Origin: an uncultured Actinomycetota bacterium
Lineage (GTDB): Bacteria > Actinomycetota > Actinomycetes > Propionibacteriales > Nocardioidaceae
Length of the DNA stretch: 64,000 nucleotides
Direction of reading: 5' to 3'
NCBI GenBank assembly: GCA_963733895.1
Contig: CAVTEY010000009.1
Span: 497,369 to 561,368, forward strand
This document shows positions 1 to 11,967 of this stretch, piece after piece. The stretch's first letter is position 1. Each line of letters opens with the position of its first letter. A program made the translations under genes and the position numbers. The notes beneath the pieces were generated by a model that did no database searches, was not told where the DNA came from, and was given only the letters and a program-made list of their open reading frames with translations.

Positions 1-782
1 TGGGCTGCCTCCTGCTCCGCCGCGGCGGCCGCTGCGGCCGCCTCGGCGGCCCGCTCCTCGAGGGCGGACTGCCGGCGCTCGGCGAGCCCGACGCTGATGT
101 CCTGCGAGTCGGGCGAGCTCCGCGATCAGGGCGTCCTTCTCGGCGGCGATGGCCTCGGCGCGCCGCGGCCGCGTCGGCCGCCGCGCGGGCCCGGTCGCGG
201 GCCTCGCGGGCCTCGACCTGGAGCGCCAACGCCTCGGCCTTGGCCTCCTGCGCCTGGTCGGTGGCGACGTCGGCGAGGGTCGAGGCGGCGCGGAACTCGT
301 CGTAGTTCCCGTCGAGCGCGTCCTCGGCCGTCCGCATGGTCGTCGTCTGGTCGATCACCGTCTCGATGCCGTCGGACTGCACCATCGCGCCGAGCGCGGT
401 CAGCCCCGGGGCCAGCTGGTACGACGTGACGAGCGCGTCGGCGTACGCGTCCCGCTGGCGCTCCACGTCGGCGTCGGCGATCGACGAGCGGCGCTCGGCC
501 ACTTCCGCGGCGGCGCGCGCCTGCTGGAGTCGGTAGCGAGCGCCGTTCCAGGCCTCGGCGGCCTGGGCCGCACGACCGCGGACTGCTGGAGCGCTGGTTG
601 GCCAGGACCAGGTCGGCCTGGACCGCGGCGACGTCCCGGGCCTTGTCGCGGGCCGCGTCCTGGGCCTCCTTGACCTCCTGCGCGACGGGAGGTCGGTGTC
701 GTCGGCGACGGCCTGCCGGCGGCCAGGGTCAGCGCGATCGCGACCAGGACGGCGGCGGCGCGTCCGACGCCGGGTGTCGCAC
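1..782 (-). CDS. Secreted coiled-coil protein, probably the N-terminal part of an NlpC/P60 (RipA-like) cell-wall peptidase; 3' end outside window, frameshifted
   Basis: AAGGAG SD before GTG at 782; Ala/Glu/Gln-rich coiled-coil translation (LQQARAAAEVAERRSSIADADVERQRDAYAD...); no catalytic domain visible in the window. Confidence 0.55.
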
Positions 783-960
783 AACGGTCTCCTTCGTTCG
801 TGGTGCCTCGGGCGACTTCCCCATCGCCCCAGGCACTCGGAGCACGCTAATGCTCACCAGTCACAAAGGAAACACTTTTCACAATCTTTCTCCAGTCACC
901 GGCGTGTCGACTTGACGAACTACAAGCATGTAATTCAGAAGGACCGCTCGACCGGGACGA

Positions 961-2031
961 TCAGAGCCACGCGACAACGGTCAGTGCCGTCGACCGGGAC
1001 GGCCGAGGTGGTGGTCGTCGGGTGCGAGGACCAGCCCGTGGCGCTCGAACTTCTGCCCGCTGGCGATGCCGCCGACGTAGAAGGCGATCAGCGCGATCAG
1101 GATGCCGGCGACGTCGTCGGCGACGTAGTGCCAGCCGAAGTAGAGCGTGGCGACGACGGTGATGCCGAAGTTGGCCCAGAAGATCCAGTGAGCGACCCGG
1201 GACTGCAGTGTGTACTGCACCATCAGCGCGACCAGCAGCGTGATCGCGCAGTGCAGGCTGGCGAAGCCGGCCACCGACTGCACGGCGCCCTCGATGCCCT
1301 TGCTGATCACGCCCTGCCGGGTGATAGACCAGCGACTCCATCAGCTGGGACGTCGGGGTCTCGGCCAGGTCGTCGTAGAGCCAGGGGTACTCGAAGCCCG
1401 GGCCCAGCGTCGGCAGCGAGTAGTAGGACGATGGTGCCGAGCGTCCAGGCGATGCACTGGGAGGTGGCGAACCAGTAGCCGTAGGAGATGTTGCGCGACC
1501 AGACCAGCCACGCGGTCAGCGCCAGCGGCACCAGCGGCAGGAACCACAGGTAGATGAGCGACAGGACGTGCGCGAGACGCTGGTGCCGAGCAGGGCGTGC
1601 AGCACGTTGCCGGGCTCGTGGCCGAGGAACAGCGCCGTGTCGACGAGGTGCAGCTCGCGGTCGTACTTCTCGTCGCCCACGCACGAACGGCAGGAACGAC
1701 TTCAGGTTCCGGTAGCTGACGTAGATGATGTAGAAGCAGACGAGGCCCATCACGACGAGGGTCATCCGCTCGCGCGTCCAGTGGGTGCGCACCCGCTCCC
1801 GGACGATCCCGCGCCACTTCCGCGGGATTCATCCGCGACTGCCACAGCGTGCGCGGCAGCATGTCGAGGAGGAACGCGCCGAACAGCAGCATCGGCAGCC
1901 GCAGCCACGACGGCCCGAGGAAGCCCTCGGGGTCCGCCAGCCGCTTGTCGAGCGCTGATCGCCGTGATGATCGCCAGCGCGCCCATGACGAGCGCCGTCC
2001 CGATGAGGAGGGCGTAGGCGCGGCGATACAC
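961..2031 (-). CDS. PAP2 / inositol-phosphorylceramide-synthase-like membrane protein (frameshifted)
   Basis: Fragments MYRRAYALLIG..., YVSYRNLKSFLPF, GFASLH and LYFGWHYVADD (PAP2 C2/C3 motifs) across several frames. Confidence 0.75.
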
Positions 2032-2040
2032 GGGCGCAGT

Positions 2041-3070
2041 CTAGGAGTGGCCCGACCCCGTACCGAAGTCGGTGGCCGGCCGACGATCGCCAGCCGGGTG
2101 CCGTCCACTGTCAGCCGCGACACGTCGCCGGGCCCGGGTGGACGTCGAGGGGCGCCACGGCGTCGACCGTGCCCGACGCCGTCGACGTCCACCTCGAGCC
2201 GCACCTGCTCCGGGGTGATCCGCGACGAGCGAGCACCGTCCCCGCAGCGGTCCGTCAGGCGCCGACCGCAGGGCGGAGCGCCGGACCGCCACCGCGATCG
2301 CCGGTCTCCATGCCGCGGCCGTCAGCAGCAGCGTGCGGCCTCGCCGTCCAGCACCCGCGGCGTAGCCGAGGAAGAGCGCGGTCTCCGGCGTCGACCGGAC
2401 GGCGCCAGACGTCGTCGATCGGGCCCTGCTGGACGACCCGGCCGGCGCGCATCACGGCGATCCGGTCGGCGACCGTGAACGCCTCCTCGTGGTCGTGGGT
2501 GACCATCAGGGCGGTGGTGCCGGCCGCGCGCAGGATCTCCGCGCAGCTCGCCCGCCAGCCGCTCGCGCAGCCCGGTGTCGAGCGCCGACAGCGGCTCGTC
2601 GAGCAGCAGCAGCCGCGGCTCGACGGCCAGCGACCGGGCCAGGGCGACCCGCTGCCGCTCGCCGCCGGACAGCGTCGCCGGGCAGCCGGTCGCCGTACCC
2701 GTCGAGGCCGACCAGCTCGAGCAGCTCCGCGACCCGGGCGGCGATGTCCCGGGGCGCGCGACGCAGCCGCAGCGGCGTAGCCGACGTTGCGGGCGACCGT
2801 GAGGTGCGTCGAAGAGCTGGCCGTCCTGGAACATCAGCGCGAACCCGCGCTTGTGGGTGGGTACGCCGGCGAGGTCGCGCCGTCCCACGCGACGCGCCGC
2901 CGACCAGCGGCTCCAGCCCGGCGACCGCGCGCAGCAGGGTCGACTTGCCGCAGCCGGACGGGCCGAGGACCGCGAGCACCTGGCCGTCCGCCAGGTCGAG
3001 GGAGACGTCGGCGACGGCCGGCAGGCCGTCGTAGCGTCACGGAGACACGTCGCGCGAGGGCCGAGCGCAT
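2041..3070 (-). CDS. thiQ: Thiamine ABC transporter ATP-binding subunit (frameshifted)
   Basis: GPSGCGKST Walker [14 protein letters not shown] signature, LLLDEP Walker B, VTHD; operon under TPP riboswitch. Confidence 0.8.
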
Positions 3071-4733
3071 CAGAACGCTCCCACGGAGGGGACGCGGAGC
3101 CGCTCGACGGCCAGCATCACCAGCGCGGTCGTCGCCGGCGAGCACGACCGAGGCGGCCAGCGCCATGCCGTAGTTGAGCTCGCCCGGGTGGCCGAGCAGC
3201 TGGAAGATCACGACCGGCAGGGTCGGGTGCGTCGTCGCGGGCGAGGAAGGACGTGGCGCCGAACTCGCCCAGCGACACCGCGAACGCGAACCCGCTGGCG
3301 GCCAGCAGCGGCTTCCACACCACCGGCAGGTCGACGGTGAGCAGCGCGCGCAGCGGCGAGGCGCCGAGCGATGCGGCCGCCTGCCGCTGCCGGTCGTCGA
3401 TGCCGGCGAGCACCGGCACGATCGTGCGCACGACGAGCGGCAGCGCCACCAGCGCCTGCGCGATCGGGCACCAGCAGCGGGGTGTCGCGCAGGTCGAGCG
3501 GCGGCTCGTCGAGGGTGATCAGGAACCCGAAGCCGAGGGTCACCGCGGAGACCCCGAGCGGCAGCATGAAGAAGCCGTCGAGGCCGCCGCGGACCCGGCG
3601 CTCGGCGCGTGACCGGGAGCGGCGGGTCACGACGAGCGCGACCAGCAGCCCGATCGACAGACGCCATCCAGGTCGCGTCGACGGCGGTGCGCAGCGAGTT
3701 GGCGCAGCGCATCGGTGACCGGCACCAGCAGCGCCTGCTGCTCGCCGGTCGATGCGACGAGGGCGCGGTAGTTCGCCAGGCTCCAGCCGCCGTCCGACCC
3801 GCAGCGACCCGGCGACGAGGGTGACGATCGGCACCGCGACGCAGGACCAGCATCAGCCACGGTGACGGCGACAGCCGGGCAGGTCGTCGCGCCCCGGCCG
3901 GCGCGGCGGCCGGACGACGGCGCGGCTGACGCTCGGGTCGGGCACCGCGCGCAGCCGCTGGGCGACCAGCAGCAGCGCGACCACGACGACCAGCTGCAGC
4001 ATCGACAGCGCGGCCGCGGCCTGGAGGTCGAACACGCTCGTGGTGAGCAGGTAGATCTCGGTCTCGACGGTGGCGTGCCGACGCCGCCGAGCGTGAGCAC
4101 GATCCCGAACGCGGTGGCGCAGAACAGGAAGACGACGCTGGCCGCGGACACGATCGCCGGCCGCAGCGCCGGCAGGGTGACGGTCCGCAGCACCTGCACC
4201 GGGGTGGCGCCGAGGCGTCGCCGCGGCCTGCGCCGGCCGCGGGTCGAGCGACTCCCAGGCGGCGCCGACGGCGCGGATCACGACCGCCACGTTGAAGAAC
4301 ACCAGGCCGGCGACGATCGCCGCCGGCGGTCTGGTCGAGGCCGAGGAAGCCGAGCGGCCCGCCCTCCCGCAGCAGCTGGCGGAACGCGACGCCGACCACC
4401 ACGGTCGGCAGCACGAACGGCACCAGCAGCGGCCGCCCGCACGACGGTCCGGCCGGGCAGGTCGAGCCGGTGCAGGACGTACGCCGCGGGCAGGCCGAGC
4501 GCGCACGCGAGAGCGCCGTCCCGGCCGCCGGCGGACCAGAGCGTGAACCACAGCACCCGGTGCACCCGCGGCCGGGCGAGCACCTCGGCGACGCCGGCCG
4601 GGTCGAAGACGCCGTCGGGCCAGAACCCCTGGGCGAGCATGCCCGCCACCGGCAGCACGAAGAACACGCCCAGCACCGCGACCGGCACCAGGGCCAGCGC
4701 GGCGAGCGCGAGCAGCCGGCGTCTGGTGCTCAC
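3070..4733 (-). CDS. thiP: Thiamine ABC transporter permease (frameshifted)
   Basis: Double permease with [44 protein letters not shown]. Confidence 0.8.
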
Positions 4734-5831
4734 CGGGTGACGCAGGTCCCGCCACTCCTCGAGCCAGGCGTCACGGTTCTCGGCGATCTCGTCGGGGTCG
4801 AGCTCGTACGGCGACGTCGGGCTGCTCGGCGTACCGTCGCCCAGTCGGCCGGCAGCTCGACGCCGTCGACGACCGGGAAGACGTACATGCTCGTCGGCAG
4901 CGCGGCCTGCACCTCGTCGGCACAGCAGGAAGTCGACCAGCGCCGGCGCACCCTCGGGGTTGTCGGCGCCGGCGAGCACCCCGGCGTACTCGACCTGGCG
5001 GAAGCAGGTGTCGAGCAGGGCCGCTGGTCGTCGACTCGTCCGTCGCCCTTCGGCACGGTGAACGCCGGCGAGGAGTCGTAGGACAGCACGATCGGGCGGG
5101 TGCCGCCGCTCGCCGCCCTGGGTGAACTCGCCGTAGTAGGCGTCGTCCAGCCGTCGACCACGAGCGCGCCGTTGTCGAGCAGCCGCTCCCAGTAGTCGGG
5201 CCAGTCGTCGCCGTACTCCGCGACGGTGCGCGAGCAGGAACGCCAGCCCCGGCGAGCTGGACAGCGCGGACGGGGTGACGAACAGGCCGTCGTACGCCGG
5301 GTCGGTGAGGTCCTCGAGGGTGGCCGGCGGCTCGAGGTCGCGCTCGGCGAACCAGGTCGTCGTCGACGTTGACGCAGACGTTGCCGTCGTCGACCGGGAG
5401 CGAGCCGGCCAGCGCGCCGTCGCCCTCGAGCGCGAACTGCTTCGGCGCCGGCCGGCAGCGTCGACGTCGCGACTCGGCGAAGACGCCCTCGTCGAGCGCG
5501 CGCGACGCGAAGGTGTTGTCGACGCCGAACGCCACGTCGCCGGTCGGGTTGTCGGCGGTCAGCACCAGCTTGGTGGTGAGGGTCGCCGGCGTCGCCGGCG
5601 GCGCGGACCTCGAGGTCGTAGCCGGACTCCTCCTCGAACTCCCGGACCAGCTTCTTGGGCAGCGTGGAACGACTCGTGGGTGACCAGGACGACGGTGCCG
5701 TCCGCCGCCGGCGTCGGACGTCGGGCCGGACCGCTGTCGTCGTCGGCCTGCCGCCGGTCAGGCTGCAGCCGCGAGGTCGACGAGGATGCCGGCGAGCGGC
5801 GAGCGCGGCCGCCATGGATGGTGGACTTCAT
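4730..5831 (-). CDS. thiB: Thiamine ABC transporter substrate-binding protein (frameshifted)
   Basis: VLVTHESF, GDVAFGVDNTFASRA, IVLSYDSSPAF, ALPTSMYVFPV motifs of the ThiB/TbpA family; directly downstream of TPP riboswitch. Confidence 0.85.
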
Positions 5832-5834
5832 GCT

Positions 5835-5924
5835 GACTCCCTATCGCCGGTGCTAACCGGATCAGGTTCGGAGGGTCTGCGGCTGATCCGCACTCTCAGC
5901 ACGCCCGCTGCGTGCTCCCCTGTC
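5835..5924 (-). ncRNA. TPP (thi-box) riboswitch
   Basis: Minus strand GGGGAGC...CTGAGAG...GACCC..GAACCTGATCCGGTTAGCACCGGCGATAGGGAG; its 3' GGGAG doubles as the SD of thiB. Confidence 0.95.
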
Positions 5925-5946
5925 TGTGACGTCCCAGCCTACGACG

Positions 5947-6823
5947 TCACCGCGTCAGCGCGACCACCGCGTCCAGCCGGGCCAGCTTCGGCCGGGTTGC
6001 GCACCCAGTAGAGGCCGGTGACGAGGCCGTCCTCGACCAGCAGCGTGCCGACCGTGTCGAGCTCGCCGTCGAGCACGACCCGGACGGCCGGGGCGCCGTT
6101 GACCACGACGAGGTCGGCCTGCGATGCCCTCCGGCCGTGACGGCGGCCAGGAAGCGGGTCACCTTGTCGCGGCCGAGGATCGGGCGCAGCGCCGCCTGCT
6201 TCACGCCGCCGCCGTCGGTGACCAGCACGACGTCCGGCGACAGCACGTCGAGGAGGCTCTGCACGTCGCCGGTCGACGGTGGCCTCGAGGAACCGGGCGA
6301 TCACCTCGTCGCGCTGCGCGCGGCGTGACGTCCGCGTGGGGCCGCCGCTCGTCGACGTGGCGTGCGGGCCCGGTGCGCGATCTGGCGCACCGCGGCCGGT
6401 GTCTTGTCGACGGCGGCGGCGATCTCGTCGTACCCGAACGTCGAAGACCTCGCGCAGCACGAACACCGCCCGCTCGGTCGGGTTCAGCGTCTCCAGCACC
6501 AGCAGCATCGCCATCGACACGCTGTCGGCGAGCTCGACGTCCTCGGCGACGTCGGGCGCTGGTGAGCAGCGGCTCCGGCAGCCACGGGCCGACGTACGAC
6601 TCGCGGCGCCGGGCCATCGGTGCGCATCCTGTTCAGCGCCAGCCGGGTGGTGATCCGGACCAGGTAGGCCCGGGCGTCGCGCACCTCCGACCGGTCGACC
6701 TCGTGCCCACCGCAGCCAGGTCTCCTGCAGCACGTCCTCGGCGTCGGCGGCCGAGCCGAGCATCTCGTAGGCGACGGTGAAGAGCAGGTTGCGGTGGGCG
6801 ACGAAGACGTCGGTCGCGCTCAC
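5947..6823 (-). CDS. sigJ: ECF41 (SigJ-like) sigma factor with C-terminal SnoaL-like extension (frameshifted)
   Basis: AYEMLGSAADAEDVLQE, YVGPWLPEP, DGGG and RNP(K)L motifs diagnostic of ECF41. Confidence 0.9.
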
Positions 6824-6859
6824 GCGGTGCTCCTCGCTGGTCGATGCCGGTCGGACGCA

Positions 6860-7448
6860 TCACCGGTGCCGGCTCGACGTCGGCTGGGCGAGCGGCAGCT
6901 CGCACACGTCGGAGTAGCCCTGGCTCTCCAGGCCCATCGCGGCGTTGAAGCGCGAGCGCTCGTTCTCGATCGCGACCATCATCGTGAGCTCGACGACCGC
7001 CGGCGTGCGCCGAGCGGTCGGTCGAGCTTGGCCACCATCTCGTCGGTGACCGTCGAGCGGGGTCGTGCTCATCGCCTCGGCGTACTCCAGGACGTCGCGC
7101 TCGAGGTCGGTGAACACGTCCGACTCGCGCCAGCGCGGCACCTCGCGCACCTTGGCCACGTCGAGACCCTCGTTGTGGGCCAGGAAGTAGCCGAAGTCGA
7201 GGCACCAGCTGCAGCCGATCGATGCCGGCGGAGGCGAGCTGGGCGTACGTCTTCAGGTGCGGGTCGAGCGCGTCGCACTTCGCGAACGTCTGCTCGAAGC
7301 TTGAACACGCCTTCAGCGCCTTCCGGTTGTGCCAGAGCACGTAGACGTTGTCGGGGATCTCGCCGAACGTCCGCCGGGCGTAGGCCGTCAGCACCTTGCC
7401 GTAGGCGCCGGTGATCTCTGCCTTGGGGACGCGGAACGTGCTGGGCAT
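6860..7448 (-). CDS. Carboxymuconolactone decarboxylase (AhpD-like) family protein (frameshifted)
   Basis: CSWCLDFGY (CxxC), WRESDVFTDLERDVLEYAEAM, ENERSRFN; typical ECF41 neighbour. Confidence 0.85.
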
Positions 7449-7480
7449 GTCTCCTCCTGTGTCGCTGCGGTTGACATCAA

Positions 7481-7508
7481 GACACCGCGCCGTCCGGAAT
7501 CTGTGACA
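7481..7508 (-). promoter_or_regulatory. ECF41-type promoter of the CMD-sigJ operon
   Basis: Minus strand TGTCACA-N17-TGTC, close to the ECF41 consensus TGTCACA-n16-CGTC, 33 nt upstream of the ATG. Confidence 0.75.
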
Positions 7509-7551
7509 TCGCCGTGTCCCGAGCACGTGACGGTCCTACTGGACTGGCGCC

Positions 7552-8469
7552 ATGTCTCCGAGCCGCCGGCACGAGTTCCTGGCGTGGGCCGTGCCCCGGG
7601 TCCGCAAGTCGCGCGACCTCGACGACGTCGACCGTCGAGCGGGCGCGGATCGAGCGGTGGCACGCCAGCCTGGACCGGTCCCTGCCGACCCGGTTGGTGC
7701 CGCGCTTCGACAGGCGGTTCGCCGTCGTCGAGGAGGACGACTCGGCCGGCTTCCCGACGTACGTCATCACGCCGCGCCGCACGCGACCCGGCCCGCACGG
7801 TGTTCTTCGTGCACGGCGGCGGGTTCATGGCGCCGATCGACCCGTTCCACGTCCGGTACGCCGCCCGGCTGGCGACGGCGCTGCGGCGCGCGGGTCGTGC
7901 TGCCCGGACTACCCGCTGGCGCCCGAGCACACGCTGGCGCGACTCGTTCGACCCGATGACCGACCTGGCGGAGCGGTGGGCCAAGGAGCCCGGCGGGCTG
8001 GTCCTCGTCGGCGACTCGGCGGGCGGCGGCTACGCGCTGGCCCTGGCGCTCGGCGCTGCGCGACCGCGGCGGCCCGCAGCCGACCCAGCTGCTGCTGCAC
8101 TCGCCGTGGGTCGACCTGACGACGAGCACCCCCGAGACCGTCGGCAGTCGCGGCGATCGACCCGTGGCTGTTCCTCGGCAAGCTCCACGCGTACGCCGAG
8201 TGGTGGGCCGGCTCGCCCGAGGACCTCGGCCCGGCCCGAGGTCAGCCCGGCGCTGGCCGACCTGGCCGGCCTGCCGCCGGCGCTGATGTTCTGCGGCACC
8301 CGCGACCTGCTGGTGCCGGGCTGCCGGCTGCTGGCTCGGCGCGCCGCCGAGGCCGGCTGGGACCTCGACCTACGTCGAGGTGCCCGACCTGATCCACGTC
8401 TACCCGCTGCTGCCGTTCATCCCCGAGGCGCGGAAGGCCTGGCGCCAGACGCTGGGGTTCCTGCGGTGA
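7552..8469 (+). CDS. Alpha/beta hydrolase, HSL family esterase (frameshifted)
   Basis: HGGGF, GDSAGG, SPWVDL, IHVYP motifs in successive frames. Confidence 0.85.
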
Positions 8470-8900
8470 GTCGTCGTCCGCCGTGCCCTTCGACGCACCT
8501 CGACGCCCGCACGGCGTACGACGTCTGGCGGCTGCGGCAGGACGTGTTCGTGGTCGAGCAGGAGTGCGCCGTACCCCGACCTCGACGGGCGCGACCTCGA
8601 GCCCGGGACCCGGCACGTGCTGCTGCGCGACGACGACGAGCTGCTCGGCTACGCCCGGGTCCTCGACGACGTCGACGTCTGGCGGATCGGCCGGGTCGTG
8701 CTGGCCGCCGCAGGCCCGCGGGCGGGGTCTGGCCGACCACCTGATGACAGCCGCGCTCGAGCGTGTGCCCGGACCGCGACGTGGTGCTGGACGCCCAGAC
8801 GCCGCTGGCCGGTTGGTACGACCGGCTTCGGGTTCGAGGTCACCGGGCCGGAGTTCCTCGAGGACGGGATCCCGCACGTGCCGATGCGGCGTGCTCAATC
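8466..8900 (+). CDS. GNAT acetyltransferase, ElaA-like (frameshifted; 3' end approximate)
   Basis: LRQDVFVVEQEC, IGRVV, LDAQ, EFLEDGIPHVPMRR. Confidence 0.8.
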
Positions 8901-8936
8901 ACTGGTTACCAGTGATTGCTCCTCGGAACTCCCGAG
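8896..8936. repeat. Perfect 10-bp inverted repeat plus a small hairpin between convergent genes
   Basis: CAATCACTGG-TTA-CCAGTGATTG (8896-8918) then CTCGG-N5-CCGAG. Confidence 0.7.
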
Positions 8937-8954
8937 AAGGCATGAAACCCGTGG

Positions 8955-10025
8955 TCAGTCGGTCGACGCCGCGAACACGACGCCCTCGTCGGTCACCTCG
9001 CGCGCGCCAGCCCCGCGCCACCAGCAGCTCGAGGTGGGCCTTGGTCTCCATGCTGGCCATGGCGGCGTTGAACACGTCGAGGTCGGCGAGGGCATGCTCG
9101 TGCCGGGTCCAGGGCAGCTCGCGGGCGACGTCGTATGCCGGTGCCGGGGCCGGACGGCGAGCGCGTCGAGGCACAGCCCGAGCCGAGTCCTCGTGGTGAG
9201 GCGAGCAGCTCGTCGACCCGGGCGTGCGACGACGGCGCGACCGGGCCGTGCGCGGGCAGCAGCCGCAGGTCGGGCAGGCCGCGGACCTTGGTCAGCGACG
9301 CCATGAAGTCGCGCAGCGGCTGCTCGGCCGGCACCGGCTCGAAGCCGATCGACGGCGTGATCGTCGGCAGCACGTGGTCGCCGGCGAAGAGCAGCCCGGC
9401 GGGTCGGTCGGCGAACACGTAGTGGCCCTGGGTGTGGCCGGGCGTGTGTACGGCGTCGATGGTGCGGGTGCCCGACCGCGATCGCGTGGTCGCCGTCCAG
9501 CCAGGTGTCCGGATAGCCCCACAACGCCAGGTCGGGCAGCTCGCCGTCGGTGAAGCGGCGCCACTCCGTCGGCGATCGTCGGCGCGCCGGCCGATCGCAG
9601 GACCTCGAGCGACGGGTCCTCGGCGAGGTCCTCGAGGTCGTGGAGCAGGTCGAGGGCCGGCTCGTCGCCCGAGGCCGAGGCTGACGTCGGCGCCGAACTC
9701 GCTTGCCGATGACGGCGGCCATGCGTGTAGTGGTCGCGGTGCACGTGGGTGACCAGGAACCGGGTGATGTCGCGCGAACCCGTAGCCGACGTCGCGCAGG
9801 CGACTTCTCCAGCAGGCTGCGGCGACCTCGATCGCCCAGCCGCCGTCGATCAGGGTGAGCCCGTGCTCGGTCTCGATCGCGTAGACGTTGACCGCCTTCA
9901 GCCCGTCCATCGGCAGCGGCAGCGGGATCCGGTGGACGCCGTCGGCGACCGGCCAGGCACCCGGCTCGGTCCAGTGCTTGCCGGAGTCGGGCGAGACCGC
10001 GTGCGCGGTGTCGGGTCGGGCTCAC
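8955..10025 (-). CDS. MBL-fold metallo-hydrolase (frameshifted)
   Basis: THVHRDH, HTPGHTQGH, AGDHVLPTITP, PAHG motifs. Confidence 0.85.
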   Translation of the reverse strand: MSPTRHRARGLARLRQALDRAGCLAGRRRRPPDPAAAADGRAEGGQRLRDRDRARAHPDRRRLGDRGRRSLLEKSPARRRLRVRATSPGSWSPTCTATTTRMAAVIGKRVRRRRQPRPRATSRPSTCSTTSRTSPRTRRSRSCDRPARRRSPTEWRRFTDGELPDLALWGYPDTWLDGDHAIAVGHPHHRRRTHARPHPGPLRVRRPTRRAALRRRPRAADDHAVDRLRAGAGRAAAARLHGVADQGPRPARPAAAARARPGRAVVARPGRRAARLTTRTRLGLCLDALAVRPRHRHTTSPASCPGPGTSMPSPTSTCSTPPWPAWRPRPTSSCWWRGAGAREVTDEGVVFAASTD

Positions 10026-10035
10026 TGCGGCGACT

Positions 10036-10856
10036 CTAGGGTCGGCGCCGACTCCGAGGTCCGGCAGGTTGAGGTCGAGGTTGGGCTCCTGGATCCCGCC
10101 GTCGACCTCGAGCATCTTGCCCGGTGACGTACTGCCCGGCCCGCGAGCTCAGGTAGACCGCGGCGGCCGCGATGTCCTCGGCCTCGCCGACCCGGCCGAG
10201 CGGGGTCTTGTCCTCCATCTGCTGCATCATCTCCGGCACGCCGGCGACGAACTCCAGCGCGCTGGTCATCACCGAGCCGACGAAGATGCCGTTGACCCGG
10301 ATCCGCGGCGCCAGGTCGCGGGCGGCCAGCCGCGCCCAGTGCGCCAGCGCGGCCTTGGCGGTGCCGTAGGCGAGGTAGCCGCGGCCGGACGCGCGGCCCA
10401 TCATCGAGCTGATGTTGACGATCGACTTCTGCGCGTCGTCGGGCCCCTTCAGCATCAGGGGTACGGCGGCCAGGCTCAGCGCGTGCGCCGTGCTGACGTT
10501 GAAGTGGAACGACTCCTCGAGGTAGGCGACGTCGGTGTCGAGGAACGCGTTCGGGATGGTGCCGCCGACGTTGTTGACGACCGTGTCGAGCCGCCCGAAC
10601 TCGTCGTACGCCGCCCGCGCGAGGCCGGCGACCGCGTCGATGTCGCTGAGGTCGGCCGGGACGACGAGGGCGCGTCGGCCGGCGTCGCGGACCCGCGTCG
10701 GCGACCTTCTCGAGCTGGTCGGCCGTGCGCGACGGAGATGACGACGTCGGCGCCGGCCTCGGCGAACGCGACCGCGGTGGCGGCGCCGATCCCGCGGCCG
10801 GCGCCGGTGACGACGGCGACGTGGTCGGTGAGGGCGAACCGGTCGAGGATGCTCAC
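10036..10856 (-). CDS. SDR oxidoreductase, Rv0927c/7-alpha-HSDH-like (frameshifted; 3' end approximate)
   Basis: [18 protein letters not shown] (YxxxK), TPLGRVG. Confidence 0.85.
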
Positions 10857-11958
10857 CGGGCCACCAGCCCCCGCCCGGTGACGAGCGGCAGGTCGAGCGC
10901 GGTGACCAGCCCGCCGCGCGCGGCGACGACCGCGGGCACGGCGTTCACCAGCCGCTGCGCGGTGACGATCATCCCGGAGACGTTGTGGTCGCCGTGCTCG
11001 CCGTGGTGGCTGAACTCGAGGTCCATCATCGGCTCGCCGGTGACGACGACGCGGTAGCAGCCGCCGCCCCTGCGTCGGCTTCGGCCACTCGGGCATCTGG
11101 TCCTCGGCGGTGCGGGTGACGTGCTCGAGGACGACCCGCGGGACGCCGTCGACCTTGCCGATCACCTGGAACCGGACGGCGCCCATGGTGCCCTCCTCGA
11201 TCGTCGACCGAGGCGGTGTCGACGTCGCGGTCGGCGGGCCGCCGGTCGACCTCCTCGGTGAGCGGCTCGTCGAGGGTGATGCCGAGGCCGGCCGCGAGCT
11301 GCCGGACGACGCTCCCCCAGGCCATGGTCAGGATGCCCGGCTCCCAGAGCATCGGCTGCTCCTCCAGCGGCTTGCCGAAGCCGAAGATCTCCCGCATCAC
11401 GACCGGCTGGTAGTACGTCGAGTAGTCGGCGAGCTCCTGGACCCGCACCTCGTCGATCCGCTGCGACAGGCTGGTCAGCGACAGCGGCAGCACGTCGTTG
11501 GCGAACCCGGGGTCGATCCCGTTGACGTGCAGGCTGGCGCCCGTGCGCGCGCCGGCTTCGGCGAGCCGCTCGAGCATCTCGTCGGCGGAGGATCTTCGTC
11601 CGGCCACTGCAGCAGCACCGGCCCGCTGGAGACGACGTTGACGCCGGCCTCGACGAAGCCGAACAGGTCCTCGATGCACTCGAAGACCCGGTCGTCGGCC
11701 ATCGCCGTGTGCACGATGGCGTCCGGCGCGAGCGCGAGCAGCGCGTCCCGGTCGGTCGTGGCGGCGATGCCGAGGTCGCGGCCGAGCTCGGCCAGCTCGC
11801 CCGGCGTCCTTGCCGTCCTTGTCGGGGTTGGACACCCAGACGCCGACCAGCTCGAGGTCGGGGTGGGCGTCGATGCCCGCGATCGCGTGCCGGCCGACGG
11901 TGCCGGTCGACCAGACGACGACGCGCAGCGGCTTGCGGATGCTCGGTGGGCTGGTCAT
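10853..11958 (-). CDS. DapB-like / 2,4-diaminopentanoate-dehydrogenase-like oxidoreductase, Rv0926c-like (frameshifted)
   Basis: [10 protein letters not shown] Rossmann motif, [19 protein letters not shown]-terminus. Confidence 0.8.
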
Positions 11959-11967
11959 GGCGTCAAT

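Noticed and set aside
790-945. c-di-AMP (ydaO) riboswitch upstream of the cell-wall hydrolase
   Set aside because: Characteristic conserved segments not found; only one simple hairpin
1-11958. Mass pseudogenisation or programmed frameshifting
   Set aside because: Block-wise indels with intact motifs and regulatory sites fit consensus error better
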